A stretch of DNA of 64,000 nucleotides from an uncultured Chloroflexia bacterium (GTDB lineage Bacteria > Chloroflexota > Limnocylindria > Limnocylindrales > CSP1-4): assembly GCA_963809595.1 (NCBI GenBank), contig CAWEKG010000002.1, forward strand, positions 800,391 through 864,390. The letters are read 5' to 3'. Below are positions 20,384 to 30,883 of this stretch, piece after piece. The notes under the pieces were generated by a model. That model ran no database searches. It saw only the letters and a list, made by a program, of their open reading frames with translations, and was not told the origin of the DNA. The translations under genes were made by a program, and so were the position numbers. How positions within the stretch are numbered: the first letter of the stretch is position 1; the number at the start of each line of letters is the position of its first letter.

Positions 20384-20592
20384 GGCTGGGGAGGGCGCCG
20401 GACGAGCCGCAGGAGCACCAGGGCGGTGCCCGCGACGAGGATGACGATCAGGAGCGGGGTCCGGAAGACGAGCCGCTGGGCATCCGCCGGGAGCAGGCTC
20501 GTTCCGACGGCCAGCCCCAGGACGACCCCGGCGACGACCGCCCCGACGAGGAGCGCCTCACGCCAGCCGAACGTCCGGGCGCCCTCAGCCAC
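20380..20592 (-). CDS. Small two-TM membrane protein
   Basis: GTG start overlapping the nnrE stop, two hydrophobic helices, GTGA overlap with glpD. Confidence 0.65.
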   Translation of the reverse strand: MAEGARTFGWREALLVGAVVAGVVLGLAVGTSLLPADAQRLVFRTPLLIVILVAGTALVLLRLVRRPPQP

Positions 20593-21385
20593 GGTCCGCT
20601 TCCGGGGGGATCCCGATCGGGGCGACGAGGACACGCCCGGCCAGGGCTGCGCCGCGCTTCGTCAGCAGGCCGGTCTTGGGGCGATGGAAGGTCACCGTGA
20701 GGTCGGCCCGGGCCACCGGGTCGGAGAGCTCGCCGCTGGTCAGGTCGACCGCCGACGGGGTGTCGACCGCCACGACCGGGACCATCGCCTCGCGGGCCCG
20801 ACCGATGAGCTCGACCGCCGAGCGGATCGGCTCGCGGATCGCGCCGTGGACGCCGGAGCCGAGCAGGGCGTCGACGACCACGCTCGCCTTCTCGACCCCC
20901 TGGCCCAGGATGGCCACGTCCCGGGGGACCGCGGCGTGGATCCGGGTCACCGTCCGCTCGCCGGCGAGGCGATCCCAGTTGCGTGCCGCATCGGCGGTCG
21001 TCGGCCGCGCCTCGGTCGCCACGAGGACGGCCACGACCGTCAGCCCGAGATGCCCGAGCCGGCGCGCCGCCACGAGCCCGTCGCCGCCGTTGTTGCCGGG
21101 TCCGCACAGGACGAGGACCGGGCCCTTGCCGAGCCGCTCCTGGTCGGCGGCGACGGCCCGGACCGCGGCTGCAACGGCGGCACCGGCGTGCTCCATGAGC
21201 CGGGCGCCGGGGATCCCCAGGGCCTGGGCCCGGCGGTCGGCTCCGATCATCGCCTCGGCCCCGATCGGGGCGAGGTCCTTCGTGGCGGACCAGCGCCGGA
21301 CGAGCTCGCGCAGATCGGCCGTCATGAGGTCCGGATCGTCGGCCGGAAGGGGGTCGGCCGCCGACCGCTGGAGGGTCGCATTCAC
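20585..21385 (-). CDS. nnrE: NAD(P)H-hydrate epimerase (stand-alone YjeF-N domain)
   Basis: LMEHAG, LCGPGNNGGDG, VDALLGSG, AVDTPS, TVTFHRPK. Start approximate (GTG 21385 or ATG 21326). Confidence 0.88.
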   Translation of the reverse strand: MNATLQRSAADPLPADDPDLMTADLRELVRRWSATKDLAPIGAEAMIGADRRAQALGIPGARLMEHAGAAVAAAVRAVAADQERLGKGPVLVLCGPGNNGGDGLVAARRLGHLGLTVVAVLVATEARPTTADAARNWDRLAGERTVTRIHAAVPRDVAILGQGVEKASVVVDALLGSGVHGAIREPIRSAVELIGRAREAMVPVVAVDTPSAVDLTSGELSDPVARADLTVTFHRPKTGLLTKRGAALAGRVLVAPIGIPPEADRG

Positions 21386-21431
21386 CGTATCAGCGTAGCC
21401 GGACTCGGATGGACCCGTCGATGCCGTCGCC

Positions 21432-22487
21432 TCAGGAGAGCGGGAGCCGGGCCTGCGGCGGGTCCCCGGATCGAAGCTCGAGCAGCCCCTCGCGGGCCAG
21501 CCCGGCCAGGGCCTCGTCGATGGCGACGCGGTCGTGGATCCCCAGCTCACCGTCGACCTCGACCCACTCATCGCCGTGGGCGGCGCGCAGCCGGTCGAGG
21601 ATCCGGCCGCGGAGCCAGCGGCTGGTGTGCTCGAACGGCTGGCGAGGTTCGCGGGTGGCGGGGCCGGAGATACCGACGACGACCGGCCCGTCGGTACCCG
21701 GTGCAGGCGTCGTCGGCGAGGCGGTGACGGTCGCCGCGGACGCCGTCGCGGACGCGGACGCTGCTGCCGCGCCCCGGCACAGAGCGGAGACCGGGCACGC
21801 GCCGCAGCGCGGTGCCCGAGGACGACACAGTGCCGAGCCGAGGTCCATGAGCGCGTGGGCCCAGTCGGCCGACCGGTCCGGCGGCACGACCGCGTCCGCG
21901 ACGGTCTGGAGGTCCCGACCCGGCAGCGCTCCGAGCTTGCCCCCGACCGCCCGACCGAGGACCCGCCGGACGTTCGTGTCGACGGCGCCGACGGGCGTCC
22001 CGAAGGCGATCGACGCGACCGCCCTGGCCGTATACGGCCCCACCCCGGGCAGCCGCTCGAGACCCGCGACGTCGGTCGGGAATCTGCCGCCGAAGTCGTC
22101 CGCGATCATCCGCGCGGCCCGGTGGAGGTTCAGCGCCCGCCGGTTGTAGCCGAGACCCCGCCAGGCTCGGAGCACGTCGGCCGGGGTCGCCGCCGCGAGC
22201 GCCTCGACGGTCGGGAAGCGGGTCACGAACGCCTCCCAGGCGGGGGCGCCGCGCGAGACCTGGGTCTGCTGGAGGATCGTCTCGGAGACGAGCACGAGGT
22301 ACGGGTCGGTGGTTCCCCGGAACGGGAGGGCCCGACCCTGGGCGTCGTACCAGGCGAGGACGGCCGAACGGAACCTGGCGACGTCGAACCCGTCGAGGGC
22401 GGCCGGGGCCGCGTCGGCCCGTTCGGCGGCGGCGGGACCAGGCGCACGGCCGGGCCGGGAGGCCACCGGGCGAAGATCCCAGCTCAC
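21432..22487 (-). CDS. mutY: A/G-specific adenine glycosylase
   Basis: [20 protein letters not shown], Hh[18 protein letters not shown], Fe-S motif [18 protein letters not shown]. Confidence 0.92.
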   Translation of the reverse strand: MSWDLRPVASRPGRAPGPAAAERADAAPAALDGFDVARFRSAVLAWYDAQGRALPFRGTTDPYLVLVSETILQQTQVSRGAPAWEAFVTRFPTVEALAAATPADVLRAWRGLGYNRRALNLHRAARMIADDFGGRFPTDVAGLERLPGVGPYTARAVASIAFGTPVGAVDTNVRRVLGRAVGGKLGALPGRDLQTVADAVVPPDRSADWAHALMDLGSALCRPRAPRCGACPVSALCRGAAAASASATASAATVTASPTTPAPGTDGPVVVGISGPATREPRQPFEHTSRWLRGRILDRLRAAHGDEWVEVDGELGIHDRVAIDEALAGLAREGLLELRSGDPPQARLPLS

Positions 22488-24007
22488 CGCCCCGGCTCCC
22501 CTGCCCCATCCCCTTCGATCAGCCGGCGCATCCCCTCGTGCGGAGCCCAGAGCCACTCCGGGAGGTAAGTGGCGGCATAGACGAATTCGTCGCACTCCTT
22601 GGCGACTTCGAGCGCGACCAGGAGCCGCTCGTCGAGGGCGATCCTCGAGCCGGCCCGCCGGAGCCCGGCGCCGTACGACCGCAGGAGCCGCTCCCGAGAG
22701 CGTCGCCGCCAGGCCGCGAGGTCGAGGCCGCTGTGCTCGTCGGGCGTCCAGCCCCGCGCCCGGGCCCGTCGTTCGGCGCTCGTCGAGACGTGGTCGAACG
22801 AGCGCAGGAGGGTGGCCAGATCGCGCATCGGCGAGTCGAGCTCGCGGCGTTCCTCGATCGGCCGCATCGGCTCGCCCTCGAAGTCGACCAGGACGAAGCC
22901 ACCCGGCGTCCGGAGGATCTGCCCGAGATGGAGGTCGCCGTGGATCCGGGTCAGGAGGGGCGGCGCGGTCGGCCGCTCGAGGTCGGCCAGGCGCTCCCGG
23001 ATCGCCGGCGCCCAACGGGCCAGGTCCGCATCGACCCCGGCGTCGTCGCCGGGCAGGAGCCCGAGCGCCGTGTCGAGGCGGACCCCTGCGGCGCCACGCC
23101 AGGCCCTGAGATCGTCGGCGGTCGCCTCGCGCGGGGCGAAGTCTTCGAGGGCGTCGGCATCGGCGAGGGCGGCGTGGAGCTCGGCCAGGGCGGACCCGAG
23201 CGCGGCGGCGTCCTCGGTGGCGTATTCCAGGGCCACGACCCCCGGCGCGGCCACCCACCCGGCCAGCCGCTCGGCGGTCGACTCGTAGGCGTCCTCGGCG
23301 TCGGGTACGAGCTCCTCGAGCATCGCGATCGTGGAGACCCGTCCGTCGGGGCCGACGTGCTCCGCGGCGCCGGCCAGGGCGGGCACCAGCCGCGAGCCTC
23401 GCTCCTCGGCCAGGTAGGCGGTCAGCTCGAGGTCAGGGTTGAGACCGGGAACCACCCGCCGGTAGGCCTTCAGGAGGAGTCGCTCGCCGAGGACGGCCGA
23501 GCTGTTCGACTGGTCGGCGTCGAGCGAGCGCTCGGACCAGCCGGCCAGCTCGGCGGCACCGCCCGGGGCAAAGGTCGCGAGCGCCAGTCCGGGTCGGCAG
23601 ACGAGGGCACCCCCGGCTGCGGTCGGGAGGACCCGGCCCTCGGCCATCGCCACGGCGAGCGACCGCCAGGCGCCGTCGCCGTCGTGGGCCTCACGGGCCG
23701 GGGCGGTGCCATCGCCCACGATGAACGGGACGAGGTAGCGGTCCGATCCCCCGTCGGCGTCATCCAGCTCGACGAGGGCGAGGACAGCCGAACCGCGACG
23801 CGCGCGGCCGGCGTCGACGGCACCGGCCTGGGTCTCTGCCACCGGCCCCAGGCCGGTCGACCCGAGCCCGGCCGGTGCGAGATCGAGCGGCCCGAGATCC
23901 ACCGTGTCCACCAGCCGGAGCCGGGTGACGACCCTCCCCTTCCCGCCGTACCAGCGCCGGCCCTCGAAGAGGTCGAGGGTCAGCGCGGCCTCGATCGCCG
24001 GGTTCAG
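22484..24007 (-). CDS. Maltokinase-like phosphotransferase (Mak/Pep2 family)
   Basis: [37 protein letters not shown]. No ATG/GTG/TTG before the RWY motif; in-frame CTG at 24007 overlaps the patD stop. Confidence 0.8.
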   Translation of the reverse strand: MNPAIEAALTLDLFEGRRWYGGKGRVVTRLRLVDTVDLGPLDLAPAGLGSTGLGPVAETQAGAVDAGRARRGSAVLALVELDDADGGSDRYLVPFIVGDGTAPAREAHDGDGAWRSLAVAMAEGRVLPTAAGGALVCRPGLALATFAPGGAAELAGWSERSLDADQSNSSAVLGERLLLKAYRRVVPGLNPDLELTAYLAEERGSRLVPALAGAAEHVGPDGRVSTIAMLEELVPDAEDAYESTAERLAGWVAAPGVVALEYATEDAAALGSALAELHAALADADALEDFAPREATADDLRAWRGAAGVRLDTALGLLPGDDAGVDADLARWAPAIRERLADLERPTAPPLLTRIHGDLHLGQILRTPGGFVLVDFEGEPMRPIEERRELDSPMRDLATLLRSFDHVSTSAERRARARGWTPDEHSGLDLAAWRRRSRERLLRSYGAGLRRAGSRIALDERLLVALEVAKECDEFVYAATYLPEWLWAPHEGMRRLIEGDGAGEPGR

Positions 24008-25458
24008 AGCTTGATCATCACGTGCTTGACGACCGTGTAGTCCTCGACCGCGTACATCGACTGGTCCTTGCCGTAGCCGGATTCCTTGAACCCGCCGTGG
24101 GGCATCTCGGAGACCAGGGTGAAGTGGTCGTTGATCCAGACGGTGCCGAACTGGATCGCCTTGGCGACCCGCATCGCCTTGCCCACGTCGCCCGACCAGA
24201 CCGAGGCGGCCAGGCCGAAGCGGACGTCGTTGGCCCAGGCGACGGCCTGGTCCTCGTCCTTGAAGCGCTGGACCGTGACGACCGGTCCGAAGACCTCGTC
24301 CTGGACGATCTCGCTGTCCTGGGCCGGGCCCGCGATGACCGTCGGCTCGAAGAAGGCGCCCGGTCGATCGGGCCGATGGCCGCCGGCGACGATCTCCGCG
24401 CCGCCGGGACCGCGGTCGGCCCGCTCGACCATCCCCTGGACCTTGTCGGCCTGGGCCTTGGCGATGAGCGAACCCATCTCGATCTCGTCGCCCTCGGCCG
24501 GGTCGCCCCACTTGATCGTCTTGACCTGGCCGGCCAGGTCGGCCACGAAGCGCTCGTAGACCTTGGGCCCGGTGATCACCCGACACGGCGCAGTGCAGTC
24601 CTGGCCGCTGTTCCAGTACGAGAAGACCTTGAGGTTCTCGATGACCGCGTCGAGGTCGGCGTCGTCGAAGACGACGACCGGGGCCTTGCCGCCGAGCTCC
24701 AGGTGGAGCCGCTTGACCCGGTCGGCCGCGGTCCGGGCGATGTGCTTGCCGGTGTCGGTGTCGCCGGTGACCGAGATCATCCCGACCTTGGGATGGGCGA
24801 CGAGGAGATCGCCGATCCCGGCGCCGGTCCCGGTGACCACGTTGAGGACACCGGGGGGAAGGATCTCGGCGGCGATCTCGGCCAGGACGAGGGCCGTCAG
24901 CGGGGTCCTTGCCGACGGCTTGAGGATGACCGTGTTGCCGGCCATGAGCGCCGGCCCGATCTTCCAGCCGGCCATCATGATCGGGTAGTTCCAGGGCGCG
25001 ATCGAGGCGACGACCCCGACCGGCTCGCGCCGGATCAGGCTGGTGTGACCGGCCACGTACTCGTTGGCCGCCTTGCCCTCCAGGACCCGACCGGCGCCGG
25101 CGAAGAAGCGCAGGTTGTCGACGACCACCGGGACCTCGTCGATCGCCGCCCCGACCGGCTTGCCGGCGTTCTGGCTCTCGAGCCGGCCGATCTCGTCGAC
25201 CCTGGCCTCGATCGCGTCGGCCAGCTTGAGCATGAGCAGGCTGCGGTCCTGCGGCGTCGTGTGCTGCCAGGTCTCGAAGGCCTTCGCGGCCGCGTCGGCG
25301 GCCCGATCGACGTCCTCGGCGCCGGAGGCCTGGACGTGGGCGATGACCTCGCCGTTGGCCGGGTTCTCGACGGCCAGCGTCTCGCCGCTGGCGCTGTCGA
25401 CCCAGGCGCCGTCGATGAACTGCTGGTACGTCTGGACTCGCGAGATCGTCTCGGTCAC
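24004..25458 (-). CDS. patD: Gamma-aminobutyraldehyde dehydrogenase
   Basis: [37 protein letters not shown]...[15 protein letters not shown]; closely matches the PatD/YdcW pattern. Confidence 0.85.
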   Translation of the reverse strand: MTETISRVQTYQQFIDGAWVDSASGETLAVENPANGEVIAHVQASGAEDVDRAADAAAKAFETWQHTTPQDRSLLMLKLADAIEARVDEIGRLESQNAGKPVGAAIDEVPVVVDNLRFFAGAGRVLEGKAANEYVAGHTSLIRREPVGVVASIAPWNYPIMMAGWKIGPALMAGNTVILKPSARTPLTALVLAEIAAEILPPGVLNVVTGTGAGIGDLLVAHPKVGMISVTGDTDTGKHIARTAADRVKRLHLELGGKAPVVVFDDADLDAVIENLKVFSYWNSGQDCTAPCRVITGPKVYERFVADLAGQVKTIKWGDPAEGDEIEMGSLIAKAQADKVQGMVERADRGPGGAEIVAGGHRPDRPGAFFEPTVIAGPAQDSEIVQDEVFGPVVTVQRFKDEDQAVAWANDVRFGLAASVWSGDVGKAMRVAKAIQFGTVWINDHFTLVSEMPHGGFKESGYGKDQSMYAVEDYTVVKHVMIKL

Positions 25459-25604
25459 GGTGCGGTCCCTCCGGTGCTCGCGACGGCGCGGGGCCGTCGC
25501 TTGCCTGGACGTCGTCTGGGGTCGGGTGGAACGTCATTGTGCGCCGCGCCGGGAAGCCCGTCGCGGCAGGTGGTGCCGGGGCTCGTGGCGGGGCTCGGTC
25601 GAGG

Positions 25605-26926
25605 TCAGCCGCCGAGGACCGGCTCCCCCGTCCGTGCCACCCGCTCGATGAGGTCGGCCGCCCGGACGGTGCCCGGGTTCGCCTTGAGCCGGGCCGAGAT
25701 CGCGTCCAACCGCGCCTTGCAGGCCGACGTCGCCGAGCAGCCCGGACGATCGCCGCGTCCATCTCCGCCTCGCTGAACGCGTACGTCCGCAGCCGGACCC
25801 CGAAGCCGGTCTCGTGGACCCGCTGGGCGTTGTCGTACTGGTCCCAGAAGAGCGGCAGCAGGATCATCGGCTTGCCGTTGTGGAAGCACTCGGTGACGGT
25901 GTTGTTGCCGCCGTGGGTGATGACCAGGTCGACCATCGGCAGGATCGAGGGCTGGGGCAGGAACTCGGCGCCTGACCATGTTGTCGGCCAGCTCGTACTC
26001 GGTCGTGCTGGGGACCCTTCGAGACGACGAACCGGTGGGGCGTCCGGCCGAGGACGTCGACCAACCGGCGCATCAGCTCGACGTCGGCCGAGCCGAGGCT
26101 GCCGAGGCTGAGGTAGACGAGCGCCCCCGGGCGGTCGGCCAGCGGGTCGGGCAGCTCCCAGGTCGCCTCGGTCGCCCGGACGCACGAGTCCAGCCGATGC
26201 CAGGTCGGGGCGAGCGGACGCGCCCGCGGGTAGTCGACCTCGGCCGGGTAGAGATAGAGGTTCAGGAACGGCGACTCGTGGATGAAGGCCGGGCCATCCC
26301 GGACCGTCGGGCAGGCCCGGGGCACGGTGGTCCCGGCAGAACGCGTCGAAGTCCGCCCACAGCCCGCCATGAACGCGCCGGTACTCCGCCCGGAACGCGG
26401 GCCAGCCGGACCGATCGTCCGCGGCATAGCCGGAGAAGACCGGCGGCACGTCGGGGTCGAGCAGCTCGGCCGGGTTGCACGAGGTGATCCGGACCCACGG
26501 CCGGCCCGAGGCGGGCAGGGCCGGGAAGGCCACCACGTTGTCCTCCACGATGACGTCCGGCCCGAGCTCGTCGAAGATCTCCAGGAGCCGCGGATGGACG
26601 TACTTCGCGCCGTCGACGAGGGCCCCCCAGGTCGGCTGGATGAACCCGCTGAGCTGCTCGATCGTCGGGGTCCGGAAGACCGGAGCGGTGTCGCGGATGA
26701 AGTCCTTCCAGAACTGGCCCGGGACCTCGGGGATCTCGGGCGGCGGACCGAGGCGCATGAGCCGCTCCTCGAAGCCCTTCGCCTCGAGCGTCCCGGCGAA
26801 CGACTCCTCGACGACGAAGACCACCCGGTGGCCACGATCGCGCAGGACGGCACCGATCCCGACGCAGTTGTTGGTCGGGCCGAAGGCCCCCTCGGGGAAG
26901 AAGACGATCGTCCGTGGTTCGCTCAT
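25605..26926 (-). CDS. GT1/MGT-family UDP-glycosyltransferase (3-4 frameshifts)
   Basis: [46 protein letters not shown] spread over three frames; C-terminus ADLIERVA...GG* at 25605. Confidence 0.8.
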
Positions 26927-26976
26927 GGCCGCTAGGATGCCATGCAGCGACGATCGGACGGAGGAGGTTCCGCAGC

Positions 26977-27792
26977 GTGACGTCTGGACCCTGGGCGGAG
27001 GTCGGCGACCGGGTCTTCGTTCGCCGCTACGCGTTCTTCGACCAGGACATCGGGGCGATCCTGACCGCCGACGGACCCGTCGTCATCGACACCCGGAGCA
27101 CGCCGGCGCAGGCCCGCGCGATCCTCGACGACCTCCGTTCGCTCACCGCCCAGCCGGTGGCCGCGGTGATCGACACCCACCATCACTTCGACCACTCCTT
27201 CGGCAACCGTCAGTTCCGACCGGCGCCGATCTGGGGTCACCTTCGATGTGCCGAGCGGATCCGGGCGATCGTGCCGGCCGACTTCGCGGAGCTCGCCGCG
27301 GAGAACCCCGAGATCGCCGGCGAGCTCGGCGAGGTGGAGCTCGACCCGCCCGACCGGACGTTCGGCGACGAGGGTGTCGACATCGAGGTCGGTGGCCGAC
27401 GGCTCGAGCTGCGCTGGCTCGGCCGAGGCCACACCGACAACGACATCGTGGTCCGGGTGCCCGATGCCGCGGTTCTGTTCGCCGGCGACCTGCTGGAGAA
27501 CGGCGCCACGCCCTATTTCGGCGACGGCTATCCGCTCGACTGGCCGGCCACGGCGACGACCCTCCGGGCGCTCGTCGACGGCGCGGTGGTGCCGGGCCAC
27601 GGCGACGTCGCGGGCCTCGACTTCGTCGATCGCTCGATCGAGGCGTTCCGGGCGATCGCGGGCCTGGCCGGGCGCCTCCATGCCGGCGAGCTCGACCTCG
27701 AGGCGGCGATCGCCCTGGCACCCTACCCGGCGGCGGACGCGGTCGAACCACTGGAGCGCGGGCTCGCCCAGCTCAGGGGCGAGCTCGACTGA
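26977..27792 (+). CDS. MBL-fold metallo-hydrolase
   Basis: [26 protein letters not shown]; SD GGAGGAGG before GTG. Confidence 0.88.
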   Translation: MTSGPWAEVGDRVFVRRYAFFDQDIGAILTADGPVVIDTRSTPAQARAILDDLRSLTAQPVAAVIDTHHHFDHSFGNRQFRPAPIWGHLRCAERIRAIVPADFAELAAENPEIAGELGEVELDPPDRTFGDEGVDIEVGGRRLELRWLGRGHTDNDIVVRVPDAAVLFAGDLLENGATPYFGDGYPLDWPATATTLRALVDGAVVPGHGDVAGLDFVDRSIEAFRAIAGLAGRLHAGELDLEAAIALAPYPAADAVEPLERGLAQLRGELD

Positions 27793-27834
27793 GGGCCGAA
27801 TGCCGAGGGACGGGGCCGACGTCGGCCCGCCAGG

Positions 27835-28110
27835 CTACCGGTGGCCGAACAGGGTCCGGAGGAACCGCTTCAGGGGACCGTCGCGGAGCGCCCTGACGCC
27901 CGGGTCCGTCGCGCCGGTGGAGACTGCGTCCGGTCCATCGCCGGCCGCCGACCCGCCGTAGAGCTCGGCATGCTCGAGCTCGCGGATCTCCTCCTCGTCG
28001 TACACCGCCCGCTCGAAGTCGAGCTCGTTTCGACCCGCGGCCTTCGCCTGCTCGGGCGTGAGCGCCCGATAGGTCGCATCGGCCGGGATCGGATTGGGTC
28101 CCATGCTCAT
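27835..28110 (-). CDS. Small hypothetical acidic protein
   Basis: 91-aa ORF with TAGCAT 6 nt before the ATG. Confidence 0.6.
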   Translation of the reverse strand: MSMGPNPIPADATYRALTPEQAKAAGRNELDFERAVYDEEEIRELEHAELYGGSAAGDGPDAVSTGATDPGVRALRDGPLKRFLRTLFGHR

Positions 28111-28212
28111 TGCCCGATGCTACGCCGGCCCAGGCTGGCGTCAACGGGCCGACCGGTCCGGTCACACCCGTTTCTCATGACCGTCTCAGAGGTGGCCCGT
28201 CAGACTCGGGCC

Positions 28213-28890
28213 ATGACCACGATCCCAGTCATCCCAGCACGCCTCGGCGCGATCGCGGGAGCCCTCATCCTCGTTCTCGTGGCCGCCTGCGGATCGGGTG
28301 CGACCTCGGGCGCGCCGGCGAGCCCATCGACCGCCCCTCCAGCCGCCGTGCCATCCGACGCCGTGTCTGCGAGCGGCTCTCCGACCGTCGGATCGACCAC
28401 CGCCACATCGGTCTGCACCGCGCCCGCCACCCCGACCACCGCCCAGACCGAGGGTCCCTACTTCAAGGCGGGCTCGCCCGAGCGGTCGGTCCTCGCCGAT
28501 GCGAGCACGCCGGGTACCCACCTCACCCTCGAGGGGACGGTCGTCGGAACCGACTGCGCACCGATCGTCGGCGCGGCGATCGAGATCTGGCAGGCCGACA
28601 CGAGCGGCGCCTACGACAACACGGGATACGGCTTCCGCGGGCACGTCCTGACCGACGCGAACGGCCGGTTCACCGTCGAGACGGTCGTCCCCGGCGAGTA
28701 CCCCGGCCGGACACCCCACATCCATCTGAAGCTGACCCCACCGGGCGGGTCGACCCTCACCACCCAGGTCTACTTCCCCGACTCGAACCTCAACGCCGAG
28801 GACGGCATCTTCCGCCCCGAGCTGCTCCTGGACGTCACCGCGAACGGTGACGCGAGGGTCGGGACCTACACCTTCGTGCTGGGCGGCTGA
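28213..28890 (+). CDS. Intradiol ring-cleavage dioxygenase-like lipoprotein
   Basis: Lipobox VAAC; TEGPYF, EIWQAD, GAYD, PGEYPGRTPHIH (Tyr/Tyr/His/His ligands), TTQVYF. Confidence 0.85.
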   Translation: MTTIPVIPARLGAIAGALILVLVAACGSGATSGAPASPSTAPPAAVPSDAVSASGSPTVGSTTATSVCTAPATPTTAQTEGPYFKAGSPERSVLADASTPGTHLTLEGTVVGTDCAPIVGAAIEIWQADTSGAYDNTGYGFRGHVLTDANGRFTVETVVPGEYPGRTPHIHLKLTPPGGSTLTTQVYFPDSNLNAEDGIFRPELLLDVTANGDARVGTYTFVLGG

Positions 28891-29753
28891 GGCTCGGCTT
28901 CGGAGGTCGGCTCGCCGGCCGGCGCGTCCGGCGGCGCGACCCGCGACCCGATCCAGACCGCCATGTCGGCGGCGACCTGGGGTCCTTCGGGCTCGTTGAG
29001 CGACTCGTGGCGGAGTCCCCGGTAGACCTTCCGCTGCGCGTCAGGCAGCCGGGTGAAGAGCTCCGACGAGGCGACCGGCACGAGCGGATCCTCGCCGCCG
29101 TGGACGACGAAGAGCGGGACGCGGACCCGATCCACCTCGGCCACGGCCCGCTTCTGGGCCGCGATGACCTCGCGGCCCAGCCCGAACGTGATCCGGTGAT
29201 AGGCCAGCGGGTCGGCCGCGTAATCGATCCCGACCTGGGGGTCGCGTGACAGGGCCGCGCCGTCGAGGCCGTTGGCGATGGAGATCGTCGGCACGATCCG
29301 GCCGAGGACCCCGACGATGACCCGCTGCGACTCGGGGACGACGGTGTCGGCGATCCACGGCGCGCTGAGGATGAGCAGATCGGGCTGCGGTCGATCGCTC
29401 TCGGCGTAGGTCAACGCGACGAGCCCGCCCATCGAATGACCCATCAGCACGACCGACAGCGGATCGATCGCGCCTCGCAGGGCGCTCAGACGATCGGCGA
29501 CGTCGTCCAGCCAGACGTCCCAGCTCGCGACGTAGGCCCGACGACCGCCCGACGCACCGAACCCCTGGAGGTCGAACGATGCGACCTCCAACCCGGTGGC
29601 CGCCAGGATCGACCCGGTCCGCTCGTAACGACCGGAGTGCTCGGCCAGCCCGGGGACGATCAGGACGCCGGCCCGGGCCGTGCCCACCGACGACCAGCTC
29701 CGGGTCAGGATCGGGACGCCCGTCCGGCCCTGGACCGTCTCGGTGGTCGACAT
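28866..29753 (-). CDS. Alpha/beta hydrolase (lysophospholipase/monoacylglycerol lipase-like)
   Basis: GLAEHSGRY, GFGASGG, nucleophile GHSMGG, HGGED, HESLNE. Confidence 0.88.
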   Translation of the reverse strand: MSTTETVQGRTGVPILTRSWSSVGTARAGVLIVPGLAEHSGRYERTGSILAATGLEVASFDLQGFGASGGRRAYVASWDVWLDDVADRLSALRGAIDPLSVVLMGHSMGGLVALTYAESDRPQPDLLILSAPWIADTVVPESQRVIVGVLGRIVPTISIANGLDGAALSRDPQVGIDYAADPLAYHRITFGLGREVIAAQKRAVAEVDRVRVPLFVVHGGEDPLVPVASSELFTRLPDAQRKVYRGLRHESLNEPEGPQVAADMAVWIGSRVAPPDAPAGEPTSEAEPQPPSTKV

Positions 29754-30838
29754 CAGCGCGAAACCTCATGTGTTTCGTGGTGTGCCCGCCCGGTCGGATC
29801 CGCGCCGCGAGCGGCGGCGACCATCTTGAGCACCCGGCAGGCCCGGAGCGTGACCCACCGGCTCGGGGCACCAGGCTCGTCGATATCGAGGTGCATCTTG
29901 CCCCGGTACGGATAGCGGTTCTTCCAGCGCCCGCCGGCATCCTGCTGGGCGAGCAGCCGGGAGACCGAGGTGCCGAGCCGGGGATCGGCACCCGCACCGG
30001 CCTCGCAGACCGCTTCCATCACCTGGAGCACGTCGGCGACGTACCCGCTCGGGAAGCCCAGCTTGAACCACGAGGCGTTCGGGTTGGTGTTGCCCCAACC
30101 CATCGGATACATGGCGGTCGAAGGGTCCACCGAGAGCAGGAACTCGACGCCCTGGGCGAGGGCGTCGTCGACCGCCCCGCTCCGCGCCGCCGCCGGTACC
30201 CGCGCCAGGGCGAGGACCGCCTTCACCGCGCCCCATCCGCAGGGCAGGCCCTGGTTCACCCCGCAGCGAAAGCCCGGTCCCGGGGTGATGGCGTACCACC
30301 GGCCCTGGCCTTCGCCCGTGATCGCCGCCGCCTCCCAGGCCAGCGCCCGCTGGACCCGCTCGTCGTCGAGTCGGCCGAACCCGATCAGCGTTCGCAGGAG
30401 GTTGCCATTCAGGCAGTGCGCGACGCTCGACGGTGGCGGCGGAGTCCGGGACCCACCCGAGAAGCTGAAGCCGCCGCTCGACGCCTGGGCGTGCCGGAGC
30501 ACGTACTCGCATCCCCGGGCGATCCGCGGATCGGCTCCGTCCGCCCCGAGCTGGTCGAGGAAGATGAGCGACCAGACCGTGCTGGTGTACTTCGGCGAGT
30601 AGCCGACCCCCGGCTTGACCCACCAGCCCTCCGGATCCTGTTCGGCGATGATCGTGGCGATCGGGTCGGTCGTCATCGCGGCCCGGCGGGCCTCGACCAC
30701 CTCGGGGTCGTCGAGCGGTCGGTCCAGCAGCTCGACGAGGGCTCGATGGCGGACCGCGGGTGTCGCCGGGTCGAGCAGCCAGGGCAGTGGATCATCGTTC
30801 AGCCCGGCGCGCCAGTCGCCCATCGTCGCGGTCATCAC
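29753..30838 (-). CDS. Prenyltransferase/squalene-oxidase-repeat-like alpha/alpha-barrel protein, unknown function
   Basis: QW-like repeats (EQDPEGWW, QQDAGGRW), YSPKYTST, SRWVTLRA. Confidence 0.65.
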   Translation of the reverse strand: MMTATMGDWRAGLNDDPLPWLLDPATPAVRHRALVELLDRPLDDPEVVEARRAAMTTDPIATIIAEQDPEGWWVKPGVGYSPKYTSTVWSLIFLDQLGADGADPRIARGCEYVLRHAQASSGGFSFSGGSRTPPPPSSVAHCLNGNLLRTLIGFGRLDDERVQRALAWEAAAITGEGQGRWYAITPGPGFRCGVNQGLPCGWGAVKAVLALARVPAAARSGAVDDALAQGVEFLLSVDPSTAMYPMGWGNTNPNASWFKLGFPSGYVADVLQVMEAVCEAGAGADPRLGTSVSRLLAQQDAGGRWKNRYPYRGKMHLDIDEPGAPSRWVTLRACRVLKMVAAARGADPTGRAHHETHEVSR

Positions 30839-30883
30839 CGGGTCATCGTCCGCCCCGGATCGACGAGCCGCAAGGGCCGTCGG

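Noticed and set aside
22484-26926. 1480-aa glycosyltransferase-kinase fusion ORF
   Set aside because: It is a chance open frame joining the frameshifted GT1, an off-frame read of patD and the maltokinase-like gene.
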